A DNA stretch of 64,000 nt from Isurus oxyrinchus (lineage: Eukaryota): contig JANJGN010000052.1 in assembly GCA_026770705.1 (NCBI GenBank), positions 1,612,001 to 1,676,000 of the forward strand, written 5' to 3'. Below, one piece after another: positions 1 through 12,320 of this stretch. Each line of letters opens with the position of its first letter. Within the stretch, counting starts at the first letter, position 1. The translations under genes were made by a program, and so were the position numbers. The notes below the pieces were generated by a model. The model saw only the letters and a program-made list of their open reading frames with translations. It had not been told where the DNA came from and ran no database searches.

Positions 1-370
1 CTGAACGGGGTTTGATTATTGATACTGAACGGGGTTTGATTATTGATTCTGAACGGGGTTTGATTATTGATACTGAACGGGGTTTGATTATTGATTCTGA
101 ATGGAGTTTGATTATTGATACTGAACGGGGTTTGATTATTGATACTGATCGGGGTTTGATTATTGATACTGAACGGGGTTTGATTATTGATACTGATCGG
201 GGTTTGATTATTGATACTGAACGGGGTTTGATTATTGATACTGAACGGGGTTTGATTATTGATTCTGAACGGGGTTTGATTATTGATTCTGAACGGGGTG
301 TGATTATTGATTCTGAACGGGGTTTGATTATTGATACTGAACGGGGTTTGATTATTGATTCTGAACGGTG
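1..370. repeat. 24-bp tandem minisatellite (CTGAACGGGGTTTGATTATTGAT[A/T])
   Basis: About 15 near-identical head-to-tail units; the IIDTERGL ORF is just the unit translated. Confidence 0.95.
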
Positions 371-659
371 TTGGGTGTGAGTTTGGTTGGGTTTGGCAGT
401 GACTGTATAAAACATTGCAGATACAGGACTGGAGCAGCCATATCAATAACCAGGCTACTGGAGCAGCTGAGAGGCTGGGGATCCTGTGGTGTGTGACTCA
501 CCTGATTCCTCAAAGCCCAACCACGCTCACAGTTTTCATAAACAGGACCTCGATATTCATCAACACGATGGTTCGATTTGATTCCTGCTTTCCCCTCGCC
601 TCTCTTCTGTAATAGAGATGGAAATGGACAGAGTGACTATCAACATGATGTGTATTCGG

Positions 660-950
660 TGTTGGGTTTGATTATTGGGGAGAGAGTTCCAGATTTCCAC
701 TCCCCTTTGTGTGAAGAAGTGCTTCCTGACATCACCCCTGAACGGCCTGGCTCCAATCTGAAGTTCCAGCCCCCTTGTTCTGGACTCCACCCGACCCCCA
801 CCACCCACCCCCACCCGAGGGAATAGCTTCTCTCTATCGACCCTATCGAGTGTTTAATCAGTTTGAACCCCTCAATTAGATCCCTCCTTAATCTTCTAGA
901 CCCGAGGGAATATAATCGTAGACTGTGTGTAACCTGTCTGCATAATTTAA
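660..950 (-). mobile_element. CR1-type LINE 3' fragment
   Basis: Minus-strand peptides LYSLGSRRLRRDLIEGFK and RGDVRKHFFTQRGVEIWNSLP match the CR1 ORF2 C-terminus. Confidence 0.8.
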
Positions 951-952
951 CC

Positions 953-1270
953 AGAAAGATGTTCTGTACAACAAACCTGAGCCTCACACCCAGATCTCAA
1001 TAATCAGTAGAAATCTTTCAAAGGCATCAATCATTGGAATCTGTCTTTATAAAGTCACAACATCAACAAAGGATGGTGTTGGTGGTGGAAGTGAATTCCA
1101 ATCATTCCGTTACTTACCCAGGACCTGTCCGACTGCTCGCCTGGGGAGGAACTGCCCACACGCTCTGCTTGAGCTGAATGACCTCTTCCTGTGCTGCTCC
1201 CTCTGTGTATTTAATTAGAAAGGGTGGATGTGTCTCTGTGAGTCAAATCAGGAATTGGGGAACAATTGTG
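953..1270 (-). promoter_or_regulatory. Third copy of the Siglec-like promoter / non-coding first exon (donor GTAAGT at 1117-1112); gene would continue left of the window
   Basis: Near-identical to 12606-12912 and, inverted, to 21423-21730. Confidence 0.7.
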
Positions 1271-1896
1271 AAAACCCTTTCACTGAAATGTAGGGCCTTA
1301 GTGTTGTGTTGTAAGCAAACTGTTAACCCTTTGTGTCCTGACTCTGTGACGTGATTCCTGTGTAAAGCTGAGCAGTCGTTGAGCGACTTTCAATTCACTG
1401 CTCAGTCCAGATGTTGAGGTCGATCTTCTGAAGGAGCAGATGTTGCTCAGCACTCCTTAAAAATGTCAGATACTGAACATTGTGTAAGAGGACAAGAGAG
1501 AGAATGAGAAGGAGAGAATTATTGGAGATTGGAGAGAGAGTGAATGAGAGAGAGAGAATGAGAAGAGAGCATTAGTGGAGATAAGAGAGAGTGAATGAAA
1601 CATGGAAAATGGAAAGAGATTGCATTGAAAGGTTTTCATTTATATAGCACCTTTCACATCCTCAGGAGGTCACAATGTATTTTATGGTCCGGGTCAACAC
1701 TGCCTGTTACAGGACTGAGTTGTGAAACAGTGAAAGGTGGATGAGATGTTAAACAGTGAGTGAACATCAAAGCTCTTCAGGGGCTGTGAAGGGTTTTGGA
1801 TGGTAAAAGGTGCTATTGAAATGCAAGTTCTTTCTATAAGGAGAGAAGGTTGAAGAAAAAATGTTTGAAATCAACCAATTAAACCTTCGCACTTAC

Positions 1897-1993
1897 TTTC
1901 TCACACGCTTGGAGATGAAGAATCCACTCAGTCCAACACTCAAACAGATTCCAGCTCCAAACAATCCTGCTTTCCATTCATTGGAATCTCGCC
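1897..1993 (-). CDS. Gene A transmembrane exon (R)RDSNEWKAGLFGAGICLSVGLSGFFISKRVRK, uncharged TM
   Basis: tttacag acceptor, gtaagt donor, 97 nt, phase 1 to 2; same size and clear homology to the TM exon at 61346-61442. Confidence 0.85.
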
Positions 1994-2149
1994 CTGTAAA
2001 ATCAGCCAATGAATGACTCCGGTACAGTTTGAGAATGGTTCCCTATGTACATGTAGTAATTCTGAACTTGTGAAGTGATATTTTCTATGCATGAAAGGTC
2101 TATACAAATAACATATATCCATGTACATGCAGGTTTCTATAAGGAGGAT

Positions 2150-3195
2150 TCACATATAACAGAGGTGCCAAGCTGCTGAGGTGACACACAGGACTACATA
2201 CACACCAAACAGCGGAAACAACATGCTATAGACAGAGCAAAGCGATCCCACAACCAACGGGTCAGATCTAAGCTCTGCAGTCCTGCCACATCCAGTCATG
2301 AATGGTGATGGACAATTAAAGATCTAACAGGAGGAGGATGTTCCACAAATATCCCCATCCTTAATGATGGGGGAGCTCAGCACATCAGTGCAAACGACAA
2401 GGCTGAAGCATTGGCAACCATGTTCAGCCAGAAGTGCTGAGTGGATGCTCCATCTCGGCCTCCTCCAGAGGGTCCCAGCATCACAGATGTCAGCTTTCAG
2501 ACAATTCGATTGACTCCACGTGACATCAGCAATCAGCTGATGATACTGGATACAGCAAAGGCTATTGGCCCTGGCAACAACCCAGCAACTGGAAATAATG
2601 TGGCTACAAGAGCGGGTAAGAGGCTGGGAACTCTGTGGTGAGTAACTCACCTCCTGACTCCCCAAAGCCTGTCCACCATTGGACAAGGCACAAGTCAGGA
2701 GTCTGATGGAATAATCTCCACTTGGCTGGATGAGTGCAGCTCCAACAACACTCAAGAAGCTTGACACCATCCAGGAGCAGCTTGTTTGATCGACAGCCCA
2801 TCCACCAGCATAAACATTCATACCCTCCACCACTGGCACACAGTGGCAGCAGTGTGCACCATCTACAAGATGCACTGCAGCAACTCACCAAGGCTCCTTC
2901 GACAGCACCTTCCAAACCCTTAACCTCTTCCACCAAGACAGTTCCAAGTCAGTGTGGTGTGTGACTTGGAGGCGAACTTGTGGTGTTGGTCTTCCATGAG
3001 ATTTGGAAATATATCGGCCGTACCTTCACCGTCGCTGGGACAAAATCATGGAACTCCCTCCCTAACAGCACTGTGGGTGTACCTACACCACATGGACTGC
3101 AGTAGTTAAAGAAGGCAGCTCACCACCACCTTCTCAAGGGGCAGTTACAGATGGGCAATAATTTCTGGCCTTGTCAACAATGCCCATATCCCATG
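2150..3195 (+). mobile_element. Degenerate non-LTR LINE (CR1 group) fragments
   Basis: Same family recurs at 19100-19550, 35125-36230 and 56550-58600; the latter two carry the RT motif TIFSCFIND. Confidence 0.7.
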
Positions 3196-3234
3196 AGCTA
3201 ATAAAAACAGAATGTTCAATTCTGTGTAACTCAC

Positions 3235-3516
3235 GTTCCACAGTGATGGTTATGAACCCCTCCACTGCTCCATGTTCATTCTCTGCCACACACTGATAGT
3301 CTCCAGTGTCCCTGGATGTAACGTGAGGAATCACCAACCACAGCTCATTGTTGGAACTTGTTCTGTTCATTGGGACATTAAGATGTCGCCACGTCAGGTT
3401 AGAAGCTGGGAAGCTCTCGACAGAGCAGATTATCACTGCAGAATTCCCCTCAATTATATTGATCGATGAAGCGTTAATCATATCAAGAGAAGTAATTGAT
3501 AGGTTCCGTGGTGCAT
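3235..3516 (-). CDS. Gene A Ig C2-set exon 3 (membrane-proximal)
   Basis: 282 nt, phase 1-1, AG/GTGAGT; C..W..DxGxYxC Ig motifs (IICSVES, LTW, DTGDYQC). Confidence 0.9.
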
Positions 3517-4569
3517 CTAAATACAAATAAAGGTTTCATTGTGAGCAAACACAGTGCACAGCAAGACTCCATGATACATCTCTCTCTATTTGGTGTCTAT
3601 GTGCATTTCAAGGTTTCTGTCCAGTTTTAAGTTCCTATGTCAACTTTTATAATGGTCACTGCCGGCGTTTTTCTTTTTGTACTTTCATGGGAAGTGGCTG
3701 TATCTATCTAGACCAGCATTTATTACCCATCCCTAATAGCCCTTGAGGAGGTGGTGGTGAGTTTTTCACCCCCGCAGAATTCCCAGCCTCTGACCGGCTC
3801 CTGTAGCCACAGTATTTATTGGCCGGTCCAGTTAGGTGTTTGGTTAACATCCCCCAGGATGTTGATTGTGGGGGATTCAGTGATAGTAAACTCACTGAAC
3901 ATCAAGGGAAGTTGGTTAGATTCTCTCTTGTTGGACATGATCACTGCCTGGTGCTTGTGATGCATTATTTCTCATTTCTCAGCCCAAGCTGAGTGTTGCT
4001 AAGCTCTTGCTGCGTGTGGATATGTAAACTGTCACGCTGTAATTACAGCCTTCCACCAGAGGAGACACTGTCAGGCTAGGAGAAAAGAAAATGTCTTTCA
4101 CATCATCAGGATGTTCACAGGGATTTGACAGTGGAGGAATTGCTTTAGAATAATGGGGTATTGAGTGATAAACCTACAATTCTCTGTGCAGGGGGCTGCT
4201 CGTCCAATACAGGGTCTTGTTCAGCTGATGTCGTCAGTGTTTCAGAGCAGAATCTGGAGCAACACTCCAGTGCAGCACAGGGAGAACAGACAACACACAC
4301 ATGTCTGTGTGTGTGTGAGCAAGCACACGTGTGATTCTGTGTATGTTTCCTTCTGTGTGTGTGCATGCAGGTGTACACACCTGTGCACATGTGGGATTGC
4401 ANNNNNNNNNNNNNNNNNNNNNNNNNNNNNNNNNNNNNNNNNNNNNNNNNNNNNNNNNNNNNNNNNNNNNNNNNNNNNNNNNNNNNNNNNNNNNNNNNNN
4501 NNNNNNNNNNNNNNNNNNNNNNNNNNNNNNNNNNNNNNNNNNNNNNNNNNNNNNNNNNNNNNNNNNNAC

Positions 4570-4851
4570 ATTCCACAGTGATGGTTATGAATCCCTCCAC
4601 TGCTCCATGTTCATTCTCTGCCACACACTGATAGTCTCCAATGTCCCTGGATGTAACGTGAGGAATCACCAACCACAGCTCATTGTTGGAACTTGTTCTG
4701 TTCATTGGGACATTAAGATGTCGCCACGTCAGGTTAGAAGCTGGGAAGCTCTCGACAGAGCAGATTATCACTGCAGAATTCCCCTCAATTATATTGATCG
4801 ATGATGCATTAATCACATCAAGAGAAGTAATTGAGAGATTCTGTGGTGCAT
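4570..4851 (-). CDS. Gene A Ig C2-set exon 2
   Basis: 282 nt, phase 1-1, near-identical to 3235-3516; donor GT abuts an N gap. Confidence 0.88.
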
Positions 4852-4984
4852 CTAAAAACAAATAAACATCAATTAAGTTACACTGACTGTGAAGCACTTT
4901 GAAAGACACTGACAATGTGAAAGGTGTGATATCAATATAGGTTCTTTCACCACAAAGCCCATAATCCAGCCAGACACCTCAGTT

Positions 4985-5640
4985 CAGTACTGAGGGTGTG
5001 CTGCACTGTGGGAGGGTCAGTACTGAGGGAGTGCTGCACTGTCAGAGAGTCAGTACTGAGGGAGTACTGCACCATCAGAGATTCAGTACTGAGGGAGTGC
5101 TGTACTGTCGGTGGGTAAGTACTGAGGGAGTGCTGCACTGTCAGAGAGTCAGTAAGGAGGGAGTGCTGCACTGTCAGAGGTTCAGTACATAGGGACTGCT
5201 GCACTGTCTGATGGTCAGTACAGAGGGGTTGTTGCACTGTCGGAGGGTCAGAAATGAGGATGTGCTGCACTCTCAGAAGGTCAGTACTGAGGGGGTGCTG
5301 CACTGTCGAAGAGTCATTACTGAGGGGGTGCTGCACTGTGGGAGGGTCAGTACTGAGGGAGCACTGCACTGTTGAAGGGTCAGTACTGAGTGAGTGCTGC
5401 ACTGTCGAAGGGTCAGTACTGAGGGAGTGCTGCACTGTTAGAGGGTCAGTACAGAGGGAGTGCTGCACTGTCAGAGGGTCAGTACTGAGGGAGCACTGCA
5501 CTGTTGAAGGGTCAGTACTGAGGGAGTGCAGCACTGTCAAAGGGTCAGTACTGAGGGAGTGCTGCACTGTCAGAGGATCAGTACTGAGGGAGTGCTGCAG
5601 TGTTGGAGAGTCAGTATTCAAGGACTGCTGCAGTGTCAGA
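4985..5640. repeat. 33-bp SINE-derived minisatellite (AGTACTGACCCTCTGACAGTGCAGCACTCCCTC family, reverse orientation)
   Basis: About 20 degenerate units; the family recurs nine times in the window. Confidence 0.9.
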
Positions 5641-5761
5641 GGCGGATTTGTATCAGTTAAAGACTATTGATTTGTTGCTAAACACAATGCAGTTGTGGGA
5701 TCTTGCAGTGTACTATGAAGAGCATTCTAGCTAATGTAGATGGAAGGGTGTCCATTCTTAC

Positions 5762-6058
5762 ATTGCACAGTTAGTATGAGGGTCTGCTCCGATGAAACAG
5801 ATGGATATCTCACTCTGCAGCTGAGAGTGTGTCCGTGGTGTTTGAGTGATGGGATCAGGGTCAGAACAGAAGTATAGGTCAGAGTGACACCATGCTGAGT
5901 TACAGTGTTTGAGACTGATCCAGGTACGTCAGTGGGAGTGTCCCAGGTTAAGACAGGTGCTGCTGTTCCATTGCACATTGTGTTGAAGGTGCAGCTTACA
6001 TCCACACGCTTTCCTGCAATAATTTCAGCAGGGAATATCGTGGGTTTATCTGTGAAAT
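5762..6058 (-). CDS. Gene A Siglec domain-2-type C2 exon (DFTDKPTIFPAEIIAGKRVDVSCTFNTMCNG...LTVQ)
   Basis: 297 nt, phase 1-1, ttag/gtaaga; carries the extra B-C loop Cys (C-x5-C) that in Siglecs bonds to the V domain. Confidence 0.9.
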
Positions 6059-6429
6059 CTAACAGACAGGGAATGGATCCTTTTAGAGAAATATAATGTG
6101 AAGCATCAGTTCAAATAGAAACCACAGTCCCATAACAGAAAGCACTTTTACAAGGATGATATCAGAACTGAGATGTTTTAACGATCCTGATAGACTGTTA
6201 GACACGATTCGAGAGATCGATGGGAGTGGAATACATTTAATCATTGATATTAAAGTGAGTTTTAAATGTTGCTTTAGGACTGAACTGGAAGCTATCAGCA
6301 GGTTATTGAGAATCAGACAGTGTGTTATAATATGCTGTGTTTTGTGTTAATATGTAAACGTCACAGTTTGTGTTATTTCCCATTGAGTGTTGAATGTGAA
6401 TTGTTGAGTAATTATAACACAGCACTTAC

Positions 6430-6798
6430 CAGAAACGTGAAGCCGGGTTACAGGGTAATAGTTATGGCTCGGACCATTGTCAAATTCTATTCTGAAAAAA
6501 TAAGGTCCTGCATCTTCCCGTCTGATGTTGTTTATAATCAGGGAACAGTCGCCATCTTTCAGGTCTCCAGACAGCCGGGTCCGATGGTGGAACCGTGGTA
6601 ACTCGTGACTGTGATCCTTGGAGTGAAAGGCAATGGGAGCCCAGGGAATCTGTTTCTCATTATTAAACCAGACTCCATCTCGCGGTTGGTTTTCCAGACA
6701 CGATGGATAACTGTAATGAAATGGAATCTGTACACACGAACCTTCCTGCACTGTCACCTCTCGTGGAGTGTCACCTTTCCACTCTTGTGAGGGTTCAG
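6430..6798 (-). CDS. Gene A Siglec-type V-set exon 2
   Basis: 369 nt, phase 1-1; N-terminal W, GSCVQIP, DCSL, YFFR (essential Arg position); B-strand Cys replaced by Phe. Confidence 0.9.
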
Positions 6799-6849
6799 CT
6801 GGGGAGAGAAATCTCAATATTTATCTCTGGATGGTTTGTGGATCCACTG

Positions 6850-7725
6850 AACCCGATATTTACAGATGAGGCTGAATTGGGGGGATGGTCAATACTGAGG
6901 AGGACTGCAACAAATTGCAGGATGATATACATTCTGATGAAGAATCATACGGACTCGAAACATTAACTCTGTCTTCCTCTCCACAGATACTGTCAGACCT
7001 GCTGAGTTTTTCCTGCAATTTTTGTTTTAGTTACAGATTTCCAACAGCTGCAGAATTTTGCTTTTACATTACAGAAAGATATTAATAAACTTGCAGAATG
7101 GGCAGGTCATTGACAAATGAGTTTCTACGTTAATAAATGTGAGGCATTACATTTTGTTCAGGAAAATGAGGAGCTTGTATCTTACCTCGAAAATAAGAAT
7201 CTAATTGGGGTAGAGGAACAACGTGATCTGGGCCGGAAATACAGGAATCAGTAAATGTGGGGACACAGGTTAACAAGGGAATTAAACAATCAAACTAAAC
7301 ACTCAAGATTATTTCTCCAGGGATTGAATTGAAAAGTAGAGAAGTGATGTGAAACTTGTCCTGAACCTGGTCTGTCTGCACCTGGAGTCACGTGTGCAGT
7401 TCTGGTCCCCATATTGTAAAAAGGATATAGAGACACTGGAGAGGGTGGTAAAAAGCTTCACAAGGATGATCTCAGCAATGTGAGGCTTTACCTATCAGGA
7501 GAGGCTGAACAGGCTGGGTCTCTGTTCTCTTGAACAGAGAAGGTTGAGGGGTGACCTCATTTGACCTTTGAAGTAATGAAAGGTTTTGATCGAGTAGACA
7601 TGGAGAGAGTGTTTCCACTCCTCACAATGAACAAAACCAGAGGCTGACAATATAACATCCTCACTAATAAATCCAATGGGGAATTCAGAAGAAAATTATT
7701 TTCCCAGAGACTGGGGAGAATGTGT
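6850..7725 (+). mobile_element. CR1-type LINE 3' fragment with a nested Penelope-like end (6933-7065)
   Basis: EEDCNKLQDDI resumes after the insert (gaaagatattaataaacttgcagaatgg); typical CR1 ORF2 tail follows. Confidence 0.7.
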
Positions 7726-8454
7726 ACTTAAAGAATCACTTCATTGGCTGTGAATCAGTTTAGGATCGTCCTGAGGTGGTGAAAGGCGCTATGGAAATGT
7801 GAGACTTGCTTTTGTATTTTGAAAGCAGGTTTCCAAGATTGAGATGGGAACTGAGAGGTAACAACAATCAGCAGCAACTTTCCTATTTTCAAACTTGGTG
7901 GGGAATGTGTCACTGAGCTGAATACACTTTCACTCCCAGACCCTTGAATTGCCAACACTGGGGTGTGGGTGATGGAGCAGCCCACAGCTCATGGAACCCT
8001 GGCTCATCATTCTCTCAGAGATCTGGGTCACTGATCCCATTGCTCTCTGTGGGAGCTTCCTGTGTACAAACTCACTGCCACGTTAGACAGTGACTATACT
8101 TCAAGAATTTCTTCATTGTCTGTGAAGTGATTTGGTACGTGGTGAAAGGTGCTATAGAAATGCAAGTCTTTACTTTGTCGATTTGCCAGACTTTTAAATG
8201 GGGATTAGAGAGTTCTATGGGAGTGGATAACCTGATAACATTGATGGACACAGTCAACACATTTAACCATTGATATTAAAGTGAGTATTAGACGTTGCTT
8301 TAGGACTGAATTGGAAGCTATCACCAGGTTATTGAGATCAGACAGTGTGTTATAATAAGCTGTGTTTTGTGTTAATATGTAAACGTCACAGTTTGTGTTA
8401 TTTCCTACTGAGTGTTGAATGTGAATTGTTGAGTAATTATAACACAGCACTTAC

Positions 8455-8823
8455 CAGAAATGTGAAGCTGGGTTACAGGGTAATAGTTATGTCTCGGACC
8501 ATTGTCAAATTCTATTCTGAAAAAATAAGGTCCTGCATCTTCCCGTCTGATGTTGTTTATAATCAGGGAACAGTCGCCATCTTTCAGGTCTCCAGACAGC
8601 CGGGTCCGATGGTGGAACCGTGGTAACTCGTGACTGTGATCCTTGGAGTGAAAGGCAATGGGAGCCCAGGGAATCTGTTTCTCATTATTAAACCAGACTC
8701 CACCTCGTGGTTGGCTTTCCAAATGTGCTGGATAACTGTAATGACATGGAATCTGTACACACGAACCTTCCTGCGCTGTCACCTCTCGTGGAGTGTCACC
8801 TTTCCACTCTTGTGACAGTCCAA
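8455..8823 (-). CDS. Gene A Siglec-type V-set exon 1
   Basis: 369 nt, phase 1-1; GSCVQIPC, DCSL (Siglec B-E intrasheet disulfide pattern), YFFR. Confidence 0.92.
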
Positions 8824-10182
8824 CTGGGGAGAGAAATATCAATATTTAACTCTGGATGTTTTTTTGATCCATAATTCTTGATATCCACTCCCTCCATCAC
8901 TGGGGCACAGTGGCTGCAGTTTGGACCATCTACAGGACACACAAGTAACTCCCCAAGGTTTCACAATGGATCGATGAGAGTCCTGGACACAGGAGTGGAC
9001 AAGTTCATTCTACCTTGGTTCATGGTCCTCAGGACTCTATTTAGTTTTTTCAAATTATTCATTCATGGGATTTATTACCCATCCCATGTCCATCAGAGGC
9101 ATTTAATAGTCAACCACATTGCGGTGGGATTGGAGTGATATGTAGGCCACACTGGGTAAGGGTGGCAGATTTCCTTCCCTGAAGGTGATCAGTGAACCAG
9201 GCTTTTTAATCCCATTCATCTGCCATGATGGAATTCACACCCAGGGCCCCAGAGCATCACCCTGGGCCTCTGGAATACTAGCCCAGTGACAATACCTCTC
9301 TGCTACCGCTTCCCCTTAGTGAAGCCAGTCTTCTACCCAACACAGTGTCTACAAGACGCACTATTTGAGATCCATTCAATGCTGATTTACAAGACAGGAC
9401 AATGGATTAGGAGCCCTCAGAACTCCCCCCATTATCACCGTCATGAATCACTAATTAGCCTAACATTCCTGTCTGCTCTTCAACACAGCTGATTGAATCA
9501 GATTAGCCAATCTGATTGGTGTTCATTCCCTCTTCAACTTTTAAGGAATCACCAATCACTCGGCCTCTAGTTATTCCCCTGCCCACAAGAGGGAACATTC
9601 TCTGTCTACCCAGTCAACCAAAACATTTCATCTAATCCTAGTGGTGCTTGAGTATATAGTCGGGAATCCAGGGCAATGGAGCCTCAGGAGAAGAGATGGA
9701 AACGCTGTGAGGTGGAATGTCACTGAGGCCATCCGAGTTGAAGCGACTTTTGGAGAGAATTCCAAGGCAAGATCTTCGAAGTTGAAGATTGGAATCCCTC
9801 ATGAGAGAAACAGAGTTTCAGTGAGATTGGTTGACTGACAGTGTTCACTGATGTCCGGGTGGGTTGTTGTGAAATCCATGGGATCTGTCTTGGTCGCGTT
9901 TACAATTTAATGAATAATGTGGCTGTGAGACCACAGTTTGTCTGTTAATTCACATGAGCTAATGTTAATCCAGAATGTTAGGGTATAAGGTGGATATTGT
10001 GAATTATTTTATCTTTCTGAGCTGGTGCAGTCAAGTTTATTTCTGTTTGTTTAAAATCCATGGAATTTTGTAGCTTTATTCTCTTCGCAAGTGTCTTAAA
10101 TCTCAAACCTCTTCTACTTGAAACAAAATATTATTGGTTCCTAACTATAAATTTTCAAAAAAATTGGGTGTCTGTTCCTCCA

Positions 10183-11408
10183 TCAGCAACTCTTCAGAAT
10201 CCTGCTGAAGTCACGGATATTTCAGAAGGACAGGGAACAAGAAGTTTCTGGTATCAGCGTTTTGTGTGGGGCCCAGTTCAGTTTGAACAAATAAACAACA
10301 CCATCTTTGAAAGTCATGAACCCACCGCAGCGGCACCTCCGACACATGCAGAGCTCAGGCGAGAGGCGCTTTGTTAGTGTGTTTCACAGTGTCTGCTGGA
10401 GTAGGGTCAGTGCTGAGAGGGTCTGCTCAAGGATCATAACAACCTGCACTTGCACCTTCCAAGTAATAAGATTTTGTAAATGTATTCATTCATGGGATGT
10501 GGGCGTCGCTGCCAAGGCCAGCATTTGCTGCCCATCTCTAATGTCCCGTGACATAATCTCTGTAGCAGAGTAGAGACAATCATGATCACTCAGGATATTT
10601 GACATCTATCCACAAGAGCAGCTTAGGCTTCCTTCTCTCTTTCAGTTATCTTACTCCCTTATTGAAGTTTCTAGCATGGTGAGAACTGGATGGTTTGCTC
10701 GGACATTTCAGAGGAACCACGTTGCTATGAGTCTGGAGTCACATGTAGGCCAGACCAGATATAGACGGCAGATTTCCTTCCCTACAGGCCATTAGTGAAC
10801 CAGATGGGTGTGTATGACAATCGATGATAGTTTCATGGTCTCCATTACTGAGACTAACTCCCATTAGTGTAAACAGAGTGAACAGTTTTCCATTGATCCC
10901 ACCTTTCCCGTTCTCTCCGGTATTTTACACACTATTGCTCGATAATTTGATTCTGCCAAGGACCCCTTGGAAAATTATGGACACCAATTAGACAACCGAT
11001 GGAATAAGGAATCTCGTTGGATCCTCATTGTCTGAGGAATCTCTATGCATTCTCATTGTCTAAGGAATCTCTTTGGATCCTCATTGTCAAAGGGATTATT
11101 TCTGATCCAAACCCCATATTGTTGTATTGTTGATTCCGATGCAGCATTGTAGACTGACTTGTCCCCAAGCTCAGCACTGACCCTACTCCAGCAGACCCTG
11201 TGAAACACACTAACAAAGTGCCTCTAGCCTGAGCTCTGCATGAGTCGGAGGTGCCACTGTGGTGGGTTCATGACTTTCAAAGATGGTGTTGTCATTTTTT
11301 TTGTTCCAACTGAACTGGGCCCCACATGAAGTGTTGATACCAAAGACCTTGTGTTCCCTGTCCTTCTGAAACATCTGTGATTCAGCAGGATTCTGAAGAT
11401 TTGCTGAT
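10183..11408. repeat. Local inverted repeat, arms ~10183-10418 and ~11170-11408
   Basis: Arms align as reverse complements; both yield the ...PPTHAELR.EALC ORF on opposite strands. Confidence 0.85.
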
Positions 11409-12280
11409 AAGGGTCTTAAATTGTCTGATTGTTGATTGATACAACACAGGAGGAGCTCATGTGACCCATCGTGCATGTGCTGATTCTTTCCCAATTCCTC
11501 TCCAACACCTTTCGCACATTCCTGCAAATTTCCCTTCAAGTATTTATCCAGTTCCCCTTCTGAAAGTTCCTGTTGAATCTGCTTCCACCGCTCTTTCAGG
11601 CAGTGAGGCAATGGTCTCTCTCTGAGCTGCAAAGTGCCCAGATTCCGTGAAATTTAAACTATGCAGCAGATCAGAGACACTCATGATAACTAAGAATATT
11701 TGACACCTTTACACACAGACAGTTTTGCCTCCCTTCTCTCTTTCAGTTATCTTGCTCCCTTATTGAAGTATCTAGCAAGGTGAGAATGGACAGGAAGTGT
11801 GACACTGAACAGCCTGTCTATTCTAGGAGCTGCTGTGCTGTCTTCATGGGCAATTTTGAATAAAGGCAGCAAAGGATACAAATTTCAGGCCATTGCTATC
11901 GGAGACCTAACATTAGGATAGACTTCATCCCCCAGTTTTTATCCGTGCTTCTCGACTCAACCCATCACTCCCCATCGCTCACTGACCAACGTCCGATAGC
12001 ACCTGGATTTTAAGATTCTGCTCTCGCTGCTACAACCCTGCCTATCCCTGTAAACTCCTCCAGCCCCTACAACCCTGCAAGACCACTGGTCTCCTCCAAT
12101 TCTGCTGTCAGACAGGGAGTCAGTGTATATCAGTGAGCACAGGGGTGATGGGTGAATGGGACTTGGTGTGAGTTTGTACACTGGCACACTGCTGAATCAG
12201 TTCCCTATCAGAGCTCAATAAGAATGATCTTTTACAAAGACTATTAACCATAAATCTGTCTGAGCTGACAATGGTATTAC

Positions 12281-12320
12281 CTTGGAGAAGTGACAGGAGG
12301 AAGTAAGATTTCCCGATCAT
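12281..12320 (-). CDS. Gene A signal-peptide exon MIGKSYFLLSLLQ(G); exon with UTR 12281-12362
   Basis: ATG, hydrophobic core, CAAG/gtaat phase-1 donor, ctttcag acceptor upstream. Confidence 0.9.

Noticed and set aside
1-380. CRISPR-like array or repeat protein ORF
   Set aside because: No unique spacers; a simple 24-bp tandem repeat in a eukaryotic context.
3239-3280. CACAGTG as a V(D)J recombination signal; V exons as Ig, TCR or IgNAR segments
   Set aside because: No nonamer at 12 or 23 nt; the heptamer is simply antisense of C2 codons. V exons are complete, end in splice donors and have the Siglec Cys pattern.
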